From Vicugna vicugna (lineage: Eukaryota): DNA of 64,000 bases. The notes under the pieces were generated by a model. The model did no database searches and was not told the DNA's origin. It saw only the letters and a program-made list of their open reading frames with translations. The translations under genes were made by a program, and so were the position numbers. Of the stretch, positions 25,380-38,345 are shown piece after piece (within the stretch, counting starts at the first letter, position 1; every line of letters begins with the position of its first letter). The stretch is from positions 310,001 through 374,000 of the forward strand of contig MU058000.1 in assembly GCA_013265495.1 (NCBI GenBank), given 5' to 3'.

Positions 25380-26830
25380 CCTGACTCCAGGCCTCTTCAG
25401 TCACCCATTTCCACAGTCCCATCACAGTGTTTTTTTCAGAACATTCCTCTCTGAAGCAAGAGGTATGCCTCAAAACCCCCTTCCTCCATTATCTCCTCCC
25501 CAGGCCTCTGGCTTTATCTACCCATTTGCCTGGTCACCTCACTTCTTTTCTTCTGATGCATCTGTGCTTCATTGTCAAGTGGATGACCACAACCCTGACA
25601 TTCCTTTTGCTAACTTTAAATTCAGGCTCTTTAACCTAACTTCCTTATTTCACTTTCAATACTCTCTTGCTCACATCTTAAACTTCTTTTAAAAACTGTT
25701 CATCTACTGAACTTGAACAGCAAAATCACCAGCTCTGGGAGAATTAAAAAAATCTATTTCCTACATCAGGTTACTGGGTCTCTAAGGAAAATCACATAGG
25801 AGTATCAGCTGATGCGACCGTACACTGAAAGCCAACTCCTAAGTGCCCAGAAACTCCCCTGCACGCCTCCATCCCATCCAAACTGTGGCCATTATAAAAT
25901 GTTCTGTCTCTGAACCGACCATCCTTTCACTCACTCCAGGATATAACACAGCTCTCCCTTTAGAAGTAAAATCGAGGCTATTAGGCAGGACACCCCCAAA
26001 ATTTCCTACCTGTACCATCCTGACTCTTTCTAGTGGTCAGTCTCTCCTCTTCTCCAGGCTCTGAGGAAAAGGGATCTTTCTTCCTTAGACAAATAAGCCT
26101 ATCTTTGCTACTTCTTTACACATCCCTCAAGAGCTTCACTACATCTTCCACATCTTCAACCTCTCTCCCTACTGATTATTCTGCTCTACTCCTCTGATCT
26201 TGAAAAAAAAATCACTGATTTTTTTTTAAATGAAACAAACAAAAAAACTTTTATCACTCTGACATGATCTGTTAACCAGCACCCTGTACTCTTCCTGTTA
26301 AAATAAACTCCTGGAAACGGGCAGTCCACACTTGATGCCTATAGTCTTATTTCCAATTCACTGGATCTGGTTTCCATCTTTATTATATAATTAAAATAGC
26401 TCTCATCAAGATCCCCAAAGATCACCTATAGCCAAATACAATGGAATTTCTTCAAATCTTTCCTGCTATTCTTGTTGCATGTGACACTGCCGATTACTTC
26501 TTCTCATTCTTAAGTCTCTCTTCTTCTCTTATTTTCATAATAACACTCTCACTAGTTTTCCTTTTTCTTCCTGTTCTTTAACAATCTCATTTCCTGGGTC
26601 TCTTCTACTATTTAGCTTTTAAATAGAGATTAACTGTACAGGGTTCTAGTATTAAGCATCATTCCACCTACAAAATGTCTTTGGTGGTAAGTATGCAGAA
26701 AAACAGATATAAGTGATTCTTAATTCAGGGCCAGACTGATCTTCTAAACTACAGACCTTTAAATATCTAATTGCATAATGACTTTCTACACTAGGTAATC
26801 CCACAGGCATCCTAATTTTAACATGTCAGA
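25380..26830 (+). mobile_element. Degraded L2 internal fragment
   Basis: gctctcatcaagatccccaaagatcacctatagccaaatacaatgg...gcatgtgacactg...cataataacactctc, L2 ORF2-type motifs. Confidence 0.72.
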
Positions 26831-28080
26831 AAAGTGAGTTTATCAAATGATCAACTCCTAACAAAAAGACCGTACTATTAAAAAAGCGGTAAAGGCTTGC
26901 TCTCCTGAGGAAGGATAAAAATGGAGGCAGAACTGTGTATTTAAATATAGCGAGAAAATCTGAAATAACTGCTGTACAAAAAGAGAAACTGAACAAGAGA
27001 TAAAGGTTTAAGAGCTGACAAACAGAAATAAGGTCACACTTAGATAGTCTCAAATTTATAATGGGCCCAAGAGCATACAAAATTCTTCGAATTTCTCCAG
27101 CAACTCTTTTGAGTCCAGAAGTAAAGAAGTTTAGCATTACTTATTCTTCTGTAATTACAGAGCAATAAGAATAGGATTAATATGTGCAAGCCCAGAGCTT
27201 AACAACTAAATTTCTTTGTTCTCACATTTTAAAATTTCAGACTTTCATATTCAAAGATAACAGACAATGATTTACTTAGAAGAATATCTGTAAACATCAC
27301 GGCATTAATTGGGTATGTGAGCGTAAATGAACAGAAAAGGGGTGGTTCTTACTGTAAATAATATGGTTCTCACTACTGATGGGAAAGTAGGTTTCAATTT
27401 GAAAACTGGATGAACACACCGCCTCTTACGGCCTGGAGTGTGGAAACTGTTGCCACCACTTTGCCCTTGTCAGTTTGACTACATTACACCTCAAGTGAAA
27501 CTTGTCAGAGAACTCCTTCCTTATATTCACTCCTCGGCAGATCCTATTCAGCCACTGCTTTGACATTCTTTAATTCATCTTCCTCAAATAACCAATCAGA
27601 ATGGTATAATTGTAACAAACACTTCTCCCCCGTCAATCAAAAGAATGAGAAACCTCATTACAATTCCTCCCATAAACAGACACACTCATACGTACATACA
27701 CACGTATACACTGGGCACATGAGCATACAAACACATCCTTAATCCATAAATACTTTCAGGGTAGGCACATTTGGTAAATACTAGTATCATCCTATGTACT
27801 ACATGAAATGTTAAATGAAAAACAAGTTTCTTGTTTATTCAATTATGATAATTTTGAATTCCATCATTAGTATCATATATTCCTGGAAGCAACTACCCTG
27901 AAGAACTTTTTGCATTTAAATTATGTGAATTATCTCAGCTACTAAAGCAGGGTGGTTAAATTTCATATCACTTAAATAAGCCCACTATTTATTTCTCACT
28001 ATATAAGTACCATCAAAGATAAAATCAATCCAAAGACATAGAAGCATACTTTTTACCAGGAATTCTTTTTTTTTTCCAGT

Positions 28081-28624
28081 TGCAGGGAAGGAAAAACCTT
28101 TAGACTCCCAAAGGGAACCTTTTAGTTTCTGTGGTGGACCTGAGAATTAAACTAACACAAGATAGATTAACAGGAGAAAAGATTACAAATTTTATTTAAT
28201 ATTTTTACATACATTCAGGATCTTTCATAGGAAAAATGAAGACCCAAAGAAGTGGTCAGGACAGAGAGCTTATATGTCTTTTTAAAAAAGAATTTATGGA
28301 GAATGACAAGACAAAGGAAAAGGGATTTAAGAAGTATCTAGGGGTGGTAAACTGTAGGAAAGTAACTAGGAAATATATGGGGGAAATTAATGGAAGATAA
28401 GGGTTGTTTTATGTTTGTACAGATCACCTCCCAGTCTCCAATGATGAGAATGTTTTTCTCTTCCTGGTACAAGGAGGTTTCATGGTAAATACTGATCTGC
28501 TTTCAGGTAGAAACAGGAGGTCAGAGAGCCCTTTCTGCATCTACTCGCCCTCAAGTGCCTTCAGCTGAAAATAATCAATATGCCAAAGTGGCATACTTTA
28601 GGTGGCATGTTCCAATCCCCTTCA
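28081..28624 (-). mobile_element. ERV1 solo LTR (MER34/MER39-like) with a perfect 4-bp TSD
   Basis: TG...CA ends; CAGT on both sides (28077-28080, 28625-28628); reverse complement begins tgaaggggattggaacatgccacctaaagtatgccactttggcata. Confidence 0.88.
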
Positions 28625-28728
28625 CAGTATATTACCGAAAGCACAAACTTACTAAAACTTTATACATTTAATTCCATTTCTTTTCTCTTTCCTTTTTCAG
28701 GTGGAGAAAAAAATATTAACTACTAGTT

Positions 28729-29298
28729 GTGTTGAAGGTCTTAGGTTTGGCGACAGCTAGAAGGATTCACAGGACTAGAAGCATATAGAAGTACATAGTT
28801 GTGCTTATGCTAAGATTTATTAGAGTGAAAAGACAGAAGGCAACATCAGTAAAAGGGGAAGGACACGCAGTGAAGACCAGTGGAAACCAGGTGCAAGCTT
28901 CCAAGACCCTTCTCCCAGTGGAACCACACGAGACATGCTCAATTCTCCCAGCAGTGAATTCTGACAACACCCATCAACTGTTGTCTACCAGGGAAGTTCA
29001 TTAGAGACTCAGTGCCCAAAGTTTTAATTAGGGGCTAGTCACTTAGCCACCGTCTGCCTAGCATGTACCAGAATTCCAGACTCCCAGAAGTAAAGCAGAT
29101 GTTCAGCTTAAACAACATTTTGTTTGTACAAAGGGTCTAGGCACAGAGAGCTACCCTCACCATTAGGGAAAGATTCGTATCAGTGTAAAGAACTGATTAT
29201 CACTCAAGTTTCTAGATGCTAGGCCAGGGCCTACCTTGCAAGCAGGCCCTCCTAAGGAAAGCTGTCTCAGGCCTACTAAGTTAGCTCTTCTCTTTCCA
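28729..29298 (-). mobile_element. Solo LTR, MER21/MER68/MER77 group
   Basis: Reverse complement begins tggaaagagaagagctaacttagtaggcctgagacagctttccttaggaggggcctgcttgcaagg; plus strand contains ggaaaccaggtgcaagcttccaag and gagactcagtgcccaaagtttt. Confidence 0.8.
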
Positions 29299-30159
29299 GG
29301 AGTAAAATGGCCAAAGAACAGACAGAGATGAAAAAAAGGTAAGTCCTTAAATGAGTTCTTAATTATAAAACACTTAACTATAAATAATACCTGTAAAACA
29401 ATGCATTTAGAAGATAGTAGAAAAGAACTCTCCCTTTAAAATGGATTGGCTGTGGCTGCCACTGGCTCCCTTTTTAATGACTGCAGTGGTTGTATTCAAA
29501 TTCTAAGAAAATTACAGACAGCCTACTCATATGAATATGACATTTAAAATTAACATAAATCAATAAGTGATTCTATTAAAAAAATAATGTGGATAGGACA
29601 CCCCATAAATTCTAGCTTTAACTGATCACATATCTAAGTTCATAATTTCACACATTTTGCTTACAAAAGGATATTTATCAACCTGAAATTACAAAAGTGG
29701 AAAAATTGGACAAGGTAGAATAATGAGGCAAATTTACAGAATAAAGAAATCTGCTCTGTCTAGCACACAAAGATCTTTCCACCCACCTTGTTATTTCTCA
29801 TATTCATAAAGAAGAACTGCTCAGCCTACATTTAAAACATTTTCCATGAGGGATTAGGGACAAAAAGTAGACTATGGTATAGGTCTCAACAATAATTATT
29901 TGTTCATTGATGTAGCTAAAATACAGTAAAATACAATTTCTCCTCTACTCCCACTTGACAGTCAACACACACAAAAGACTGGGCACCTTAGTGAACATTT
30001 AAAAATGAAAACCTGGCCCCAAATAAGCCAGGGTACTGTAAATAGTATTTATCTTAAATAAACACTTCCATCTACAGTATTGTGTACTTCCTGTGGAAAC
30101 TTGTAACGGTAATGAGAAAACAGCTAGGCTTACAAGACACAAAATAACATCCCAGGGAG

Positions 30160-30580
30160 ACAGTGGCATACCATGGAAAGAGCACGGGTACCAGACTTTA
30201 GTTCAAATCCCACCTCTGCTAGTCTATGACCTTAGAAGAACTGCTGTCTGTGAACCAAAGAGACTAAATTTATAGAAGGGAATCAGTACCATTGACATCA
30301 CAGAACAATGATGACCTACTCAAGATCACTTACATAAAACACCTGGAAGACTGACGGGCACGTTTTAGCAATTCAACAATGATAGCTTTTTATTACTAAA
30401 TAGAAAAAAAATGTTGGAATTAGAGAGGCAATCTAATGTCTATATTTTAGAGGTAAGGAAACTGAAGGCACAGAAAGATAAAATGATCAACATAAGATAA
30501 GGAAGATTGTTTTCAGCAGAGAAAGGACTCGTCACTGGTCCCTAATATTCAAATACTGATTCTGCTTCACTGTATTGCTG
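30160..30580. mobile_element. Two adjacent MIR fragments in opposite orientation
   Basis: gttcaaatcccacctctgctagtctatgacctt (plus, about 30160-30395) and attttagaggtaaggaaactgaaggcacagaaag (minus, about 30435-30580). Confidence 0.6.
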
Positions 30581-33500
30581 GCTTGGATACTAGCCAGTCT
30601 TTTCAATAATTAAAGAACTGGTCATATTTCTTCCTGAGACAGAAGGGAATCCTTAACAGGAATTACACAATCTCTGATGCACAGATGTTTCTAGAACTTT
30701 TTTGAAACAGAGTGAAAACTCACAGCATACGGTCGACTTAGGTTAAAACCGGCAAAGTACTGTATGAGAAATACTGATCGGAGCAAATATGATCCAGCAG
30801 GAAGGAAGCAACATCAGTGTTAGCACAAACAGGATTTAAGTTAGTAAATTTAAGAGAAACTTTTCTGATCGGTAAGACCTCATAAGAAGAAAACGAAAAA
30901 CAAGGAGACAACAGGCAAACTAAAGTGTGAAGAAGAGAAACAAGTGGGTCACTGTTAGAAAGGAGATGAGCACTGATGACCAACAACAGCCTGGGCAGGA
31001 GCCACAGAGCGGGCAGGACATCTATGGCTGTTCATGAAGAGTAACAGCTCAAGAGAGCTAAGAGAGACTGGAAAGCGCGGTCAAAAATCAGGTTGGGTGG
31101 GATACTGAAATCCAGTCTAAGCTTTCAAATGTTTTTTAGCCAGGGAACAACATGAGCAGTTATGTGCTTAAGATTAACCACCAAAGGACATTATCCTAAC
31201 ACTAGAATATTAAAATGTTACAGCCACATTAAAAATAATTGAAGATCATCCTTTTAAAGCAGAAATGGAGTTTTAGAACCAATTCTTCTCATCTTAATTC
31301 AATTTCAGCAGTCAAATTCAATGGAGCTGGTTTATAAGAACCACCTGCAGCACTTAAGAGGCTAGAAAAGAAACTAGCCAGTGTTTCTGAAGGAAATATA
31401 GGTGTTTCCATTCAGCCAAAAAAAAACATTTACTGCATTCAGCAACAACAAAGGTGCTGAGACAGAAAGATGAGTAAGACAGCATTGTTCTGTTTTCTAC
31501 CGCTCTTAAGAACCCTACAGCCTAGTTGAGGAAACAGACACAACAGTTATTTTTAATAAATGTGATACAGAGGAGCAATTCTTTCTTCTCTATTTCAAAT
31601 TCTGTCTCTCTTCCCGATTTATGCTATCTAATCTATTCTTACATTTCATTCCTGATTGTCTTTATCTGATGATATAGTGCTTTCTAACAATAATTATTTG
31701 TGCAAAAGAAAAGAGCCCTATTCTAACATTAGGTAATGGCAAAGGGAAGGAAAAGAAGATAATTCAACACTTGCTACTGAAAGTAATAGAGAGAAAGAAA
31801 GGGAGGATGGGTAAGAGAGAGACAGAAACAGAGATAGAGAGGATGTGACTATTCATGCCAGCCAATCTCAGAACTCAACACCAACAACACTAAAGCAAGA
31901 GCCTGCCTAGCATTCCTGCCCTGTTTCTCTTTGGTATCTTCTTTCAAGATGCACTTGCCTATAACATTGGTGTTGGCAGGGGAAACGGGGTTGAAAGGAG
32001 GATGGAGAAGAGGAAAACGATGAACAAGAGAATCCAATCAATGAGACACCTCTTCCAAACACTCACAAAAAAGCCTTTTGTAAGAATTAAAAATAATTTG
32101 ATTCTATAATGTCTGGGGTGGTGGGGAAGATCCCAAATTAGGGGCAAGCCAAATGGAAATATAATCATTTGTGAAGCATCTGTTTATTAATAAAAACGCC
32201 ACTTGTTCAATTTTCCCAAATAGTTTGATAATATCTGAGAAAGCCCCTTCTAAATATTAGGATTAAAAAAATTAACTGTACATTTTCATTTTAATATTTA
32301 TAATAGCTTGGCTGTCAGTTTTTGGTATATCAGAGACACAATAGTTGTCCATACACACATACTTTTTAGTGTGCTAGAGTAAAGACACACACTGTAAAAT
32401 TATGTGGTGTTTGTAGTATACTCATTTTACCAATATTTTAAAATTTTAATTACTATAGAGATTAAGAGTTTTTGTATCTTGGCATTGATGACAACTTCAT
32501 TTTAAGCATAAAAGATTTTGGTTAAAAATCCTTGGTTGGAAACACAACTCTTAATTGCTGTATTTATATAAAAACACACAAACCACAACAGAATAATCTG
32601 CTTTACAATACAGTTTCTAGAAACCCAATAGAATTAAAGTAATAACTGTCTGAATATATCAAAATGATCACTGACACAAACATGACATTAAAAGCATAAA
32701 GCTCAGTTTGTTGCAAGAACAAAAACAGTGATATTAAAGCTAATAAACAGCAAACAAGCCTCAAGTAGAATACCATTTGAAACAGAACTCAATTAATCAT
32801 CTTTAATACTGACTCTGCGAACAGAGTAGACTAATTCCAGCTCAAAATATGACTTTCTTAAAGCAGGGACAAAATGAAAACAGTCACTAAAGAAAACAGT
32901 AACATATCCAAAATGAGATGCAAGTAGTCCAGTGAGGAAGATGATTGACTCAAGTACAGAAACAATATTAAACTTTTATCTATACGCTCTGTTTTTATTG
33001 AAATTAAACTCTTTTCCAGCATGATGGGAATATTTTAGTTTCCACGTGACCAGTTAATTGTATTTATAGATGATGATTTAGTTTAAACTAACATGGACAG
33101 GACACTTCAAAAGAAAAAAAAAAAAAACCCTGAAAAGAACTATTACAGATTGAATATAACATTACTAATGCATGGGTATATGTAAACATGATGTTACGTT
33201 TCACACAAATTCAACCAGCGTTCACTGAGTGCCACAAAGCTAGGCTCAAAGACTATGAAAAAGACAAGGCAAGGTCGTGTTTCTCAACCAAAAGAAAACC
33301 TGACTACTGCCGTTGTTGTGTAACACCCAGCAGCAATCAGCCCCTAGCTCCACTTCCTAATATACTCCTACTCCACTGAGGCTACAAACCAAATGCTCAG
33401 CACTCCCTTGAGCTGTGTTCCGGGGGCAAATTAGATGCAGTGTGGAGAGATTTAGAATGTGGAAGTGAGGCAGGGGCCATATACTTGCTAATTTGGTTTT

Positions 33501-34184
33501 TCGCTGCTGGCCCGCAAGGTCATAAGAGATAATAACTTACTTTGTTCTGTAGTGAATCTCCTCCCTTGTGCTATCCATCCTTCCTTGGAAGCTGAGGCAG
33601 GGACACATCTGCCAATATTATTAACAACTATCATATAAAATACCTGGAGCAGTTCTATTTCCCACACTAAGCCCTAACTGATATTACAAAGTTTTGCCTT
33701 TACTGAGTAAACAAAAGAACTAACAGATTTAATAGGATTTCACTTGAAATTCTCAGATTCTCAATTAAGCCATGCCCCACTCACCTCTACTGGGAAATTA
33801 GCTTGACATATTCTTGCATGTCTTAATGAACTCATTCATTTCAGTATAATTTAGGTATTTTATGAACTGATACCAAGAGGACAACTAATCAATTTTCCAC
33901 AGTCAGAAGAACTAAGGCAAGTCTCTTTGAATAAAAGAACTCAAATCAATCAAAACATTTCTGGTAGCCCCAAAATATACTTACATGCAGCTAAATTAGG
34001 CCATCACTCATTGGGATCATACTATTTAAAACTTTTTTTAAAGTCATGATTGGTTGAAAGTAGAACATATACTTAAAATCTATGAGTCAACATTTTTTAA
34101 CTCAAGCAAAACATCTATTAATAATCTTATAAAAACTGATTCAAACACTTAAATGACTGAGGGATCAGCCACATAAAACATCAA

Positions 34185-34532
34185 AAATATCATATATCAC
34201 TCACTCTAAAAAAAGAAAAAAGACACTAATGAACTCATCTACAAAACAGAGACAGAATCAGAGACATAGTAAACAATCTTACAGTTACTGGGGGGGAAGG
34301 GGTGAGAAGGGATAAATTGGGAATTCAAGATTTACAAATATTAACAACTACATATAAAATAGATTTTAAAAATTTCTTCTATATAGCATAGGGAACTATA
34401 TTCAATATCTTGTAGTAACCTATAATGTAAAAGAATATGAAAACAAATATATGTATGTATATGTCTGACTGAAACATTATACTGTACACCAGAAACTGAC
34501 CCATTGAAACTGACTATACTTGAATTAAAAAA
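34185..34532 (+). mobile_element. LINE-1 3' UTR/tail, cetartiodactyl (camelid-like) type
   Basis: aatgaactcatctacaaaacagagacag...tatagcatagggaactatattcaatatcttgtagtaacctataatg...ctgtacaccagaaactgac...tgactatact followed by an A-tail. Confidence 0.9.
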
Positions 34533-35599
34533 GAAATCAGGGGTCATTATGGTAACTGTGTCACAAATATTCTCCCTTTAAAAACATAATCTTCTGTCTT
34601 TTCTATCATACTAATTTTGACCACAAATACTATTATCATTTTCTTTTCGTTCAGTGAAGCAGAGATACACAAGGGACATTAATCCCAAATAACAGGTTCC
34701 TCAGTCTTTCCAAGTGATTAAAAATAATTATTTCTCCACAAATCCTATGAGAACATATCTGCTTCATACAACCACAGTTCCTTTGTACTTTTTAATGAAA
34801 CATGATACTAAGCTTAAGCAAAGTACAGAAAATAATGTTCAATTAATTAAATACATTCATCTTTTCGTTAAGAGATAAAATATTAACTTGTTTCATTAGC
34901 CGTGATGTTCACTATACGGAACATTTTAAATACACATTTCCTCAGAGTTTTTAACTTAAAACACAAGGCGACATATATCATCCAGTCTCCAGCAACACAC
35001 TAGGGGAATTCTGACCCTGGCACACATATCTCAAAGTACGTTTTGTTTTCTTAATTTTTCTCACACTCTATTAAACTGATAATTTTAACTCTGTAACTCT
35101 GATGTTTAAAGCAGGCACTGTGGGAAAAGAAAATTTGAATATAGATGGGATAGAACTGTTCTGCTTTAAGCAGATTAGTATTTGGGACTGTCTTGATTGA
35201 GGTTCTACAACAAATACAGTTACACATTTGCTATGAAATGCAACAGGGCAAAGCAGGTATCAGTCAAAGGCGTACACCTGTGACTTACCAATACTGATGT
35301 AGCAGCTAAGAGGATTAGGGTAAGTTACACAGTTCAACTAAAAAAATATTATTCTTAATGGCACTGACATACAGTGAAAAAGAGAAACTAAGTGTAACAT
35401 AACACAACTGTATTGCTCTACATCATTATGAGCATTATGGTTTATTTGAAATAGATCAGACACATTATCTTATATGATACAATAACCTTGTGCAATCGAG
35501 AAAAATCAATTTTTCTATTTTAGACAGGAAATAGAAGCTAAGAAGCCTATTTTCTTTTTTCTAAAGTAAACATTGTTTCCAACAAAAATAATGATCCTT

Positions 35600-36380
35600 T
35601 GAGATACCACCACACACCCATTCGGGCGGCTACTATAAAACAAATGAAAATGAAAGGAAAGGAGAGGAAAAGGGAAGGGAAGGGGAGGGGAAGGGAGGGG
35701 AAGGGAGGGGAAGGGGAGGGGAAGGAAGAAAAGTGTTGGATAAATTGGAACCCTTGTGCACTGTTGGTGGGAATATAAAATGGTATAGCTGCTGGGGTAA
35801 ACAGTAAGGTCGGTTTCTTAAAAGATTAAACACAGAATTACCATATGATCCAGCAATTCCTCTTCTGGGAAGGTACCCCAGAGACGTGGAAGCAGGTCTT
35901 AAAGAGATATGTGGACACCTGTGTTCACAGCAGCATTATTCGCAATAACCAAAATGTGGAAGCAACCCACTATTCATCAATTGATACACAGATAAGCAAA
36001 ATATATATACAATGGACCATTATTCAACCTCAAAAAGGAAGGAAATTCTGCAATATGCTATGACATGGATGAACCGTGAGGACATTAGGCTAAGTGAAAT
36101 GAGCCAATCACAAAAAGACAAACACTGTATGACTCCACTTATATGAGGTACTTACAGTGTTCAAAATCATATATAGAAAGTATAATGGTAGTTGCCACAT
36201 GCTGGTGGGAGGGGAGGATGCAGAGTTACTATTTAACAGATGTAGTTTCAATAGGGGAGGGGATGGATGGTTGTGATGGTTGCACAAAAGTCTGAAAGTA
36301 ATACCACTGAATTGTTTACTTAAAAATGGTTAAGATGCTAAATTTTATGTTACGTCTGTTTTACCACGAAAAAAAAAAAG
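35600..36380 (+). mobile_element. LINE-1 3' end (L1MB-like) with an internal purine microsatellite
   Basis: gagataccaccacacaccc...cagaattaccatatgatccagcaattcc...gctaagtgaaatgagccaatcacaaaaagacaaac...cttaaaaatggttaagatg...ttttaccac followed by A12. Confidence 0.9.
35652..35730 (+). repeat. Pure-purine (GGAAG/GGGGA)n tract
   Basis: gaaaggaaaggagaggaaaagggaagggaaggggaggggaagggagggg...; about 79 nt with no pyrimidine. Confidence 0.95.
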
Positions 36381-37324
36381 GAAAGAAAAACAATAATAAT
36401 CTCTTTTTCGGCTCTAGTCAACATGGAAATGCATGGCTTTGAGGGATGCTTCTGTAATCAGCCCCTCAAAGTCCAAGAACATGATATTCCCCCAACACAG
36501 CCATGCCACATTCAGACAAAGTAAAATTAGTGTGTTTTCTATACCAACGAGAATTCAAGATATGACTCCTAACCCAATTCCATACCAAGGATTTTAAAAA
36601 CACTTCAACTTAATATATACAACTTCCCAAACTAAACAGTATTCATGTGATTTTATAAATAAATTAAATACAAGGTATTACTACCGCTGTTTTTAACTCA
36701 ATACTCACTTAGATTTTTCCCACATTTTTGCCTCATATATACTGGTCTTCATTCCCTGGAGCATTTTTGTTCTTTCTCCTTCAAAAAATTACCTTTACCA
36801 TTATAGTTCTGCTAAAGTTAAATTCGTCAGTTTTGCTGTTGAGAAGTATCTTTACTTCACCTTTACTTCTGAAGAATATTTTCACTAAGTATGGATCTAG
36901 ACTGGCAATTACTCTATTTCAGTACTCTGAAGACATCTTTTTATTCTTCTGGTTTCCATTTTGATCATTCACATAATATGCCTTCCTTCCCCTCTAGCTG
37001 CATTTGAAGTTTTCTCTTTCTCTTTAGTTTTACTAATTTTACTATGACATGTCTAGCTGTGATTTTCATTGTATTTGTCCTGCTTTGGATTCTCAGAACT
37101 TCTTAATTATGTGAATCGACGTCTTTTCTCTTCAGCTATTGCTTCTGCCCTGCCTCATTCTTCTGCTTTTAAGATTCCAATTACATACATATTTGAACTT
37201 CAGATCTCTTCACTATGTCCCATATATTTCTTACGAACCTTTCTGTATTTTCCATCATTTTGCCTCTCTGTGACTCAGAACAGATACCTTTTCCTAACTG
37301 GCACTCCAGCCATTTCACTAAATA

Positions 37325-38345
37325 AAAAAAAAAAAACAAACAACAACAAACCCAAGAAAGTGGGGAGTAAATTAGTACCCAGACTTAATACAACATATTA
37401 TCTAAAATGCTCTATTTCAACAAAAATTACAAGACACGAAAAGAAATAGAAAAGTGTAACATATACAAAAGAAAAAATGTAGACAATAAAAACTGGCTTT
37501 GAAGGGGTAAAGATCATGAACTTAATGGACAAAAATTTAAAATCAGCTGTTAGAAATGTGTTCCAAGAACAAAAGGAAATCATCTTAAAAAAATAAAAGT
37601 ATATGATGACAGTGTCTCATCAAAGAGAGAATGTACTAAAAAGACAGACATTATTTTTTAAAACAAATTCTGGAATTGAAAAATACAATTAGTGAAATGA
37701 AAGATTCACTTGAAAGGCTCAATAGTAGATTAGAATTGGCAGAAGAAAAGATTCAAAGATCCAAAAATTTAAGGTAAATCAATAGAGATTATGTAATTGA
37801 AGGAACAGAGAAAAAAAAGAATAAAAATGAACAAAGCCTCAGAGAAATATACACGTAACAAAAATACCAAAAGGAAAGGAGGGAAAGAAAGGAACAGAAA
37901 AATACAAGAAACAATGGCTGAAAACTTCCAAAATTTGAAGAGAAGTATTAATCTATATCCAAGAAGCTTAATGAACACCAAATAGAATAAAAGCAAAAAT
38001 ATCCATATCCAAGCATAACACAGTCAAATGCTGAAAGATAAAGACAATGAGAATATCTTGAAAGCAGTAAGAGAAACATTACTCATCATGTATGAGGAAA
38101 CTCAGTAAGATTAACAGCTGACTTCTCTTGACAAACAATGGAAAACAGAAATCAGCACGATAACAACATTCAAAGCGCTGCAAGAGAATCAAGTAAAGTC
38201 TTACATCCAGCAAATTCTTGTTTTAAAATGAGATAAAATAGACATTGTCATATAAACAAAAATTGAGAGAATGTGTTGCTAATAGGCCACCCTTACAAGA
38301 AACCCTGAAGGAATTTTTTCAGGCTGAAAGCAATTGATATTTAAT
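37325..38345 (+). mobile_element. LINE-1 ORF1-region fragment (L1M-type, degraded)
   Basis: ttcaacaaaaattacaagacacg...gctcaatagtagattagaattggcagaagaaaag...aatggctgaaaacttccaaaatttg...agattaacagctgacttctc; many stop codons. Confidence 0.85.
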
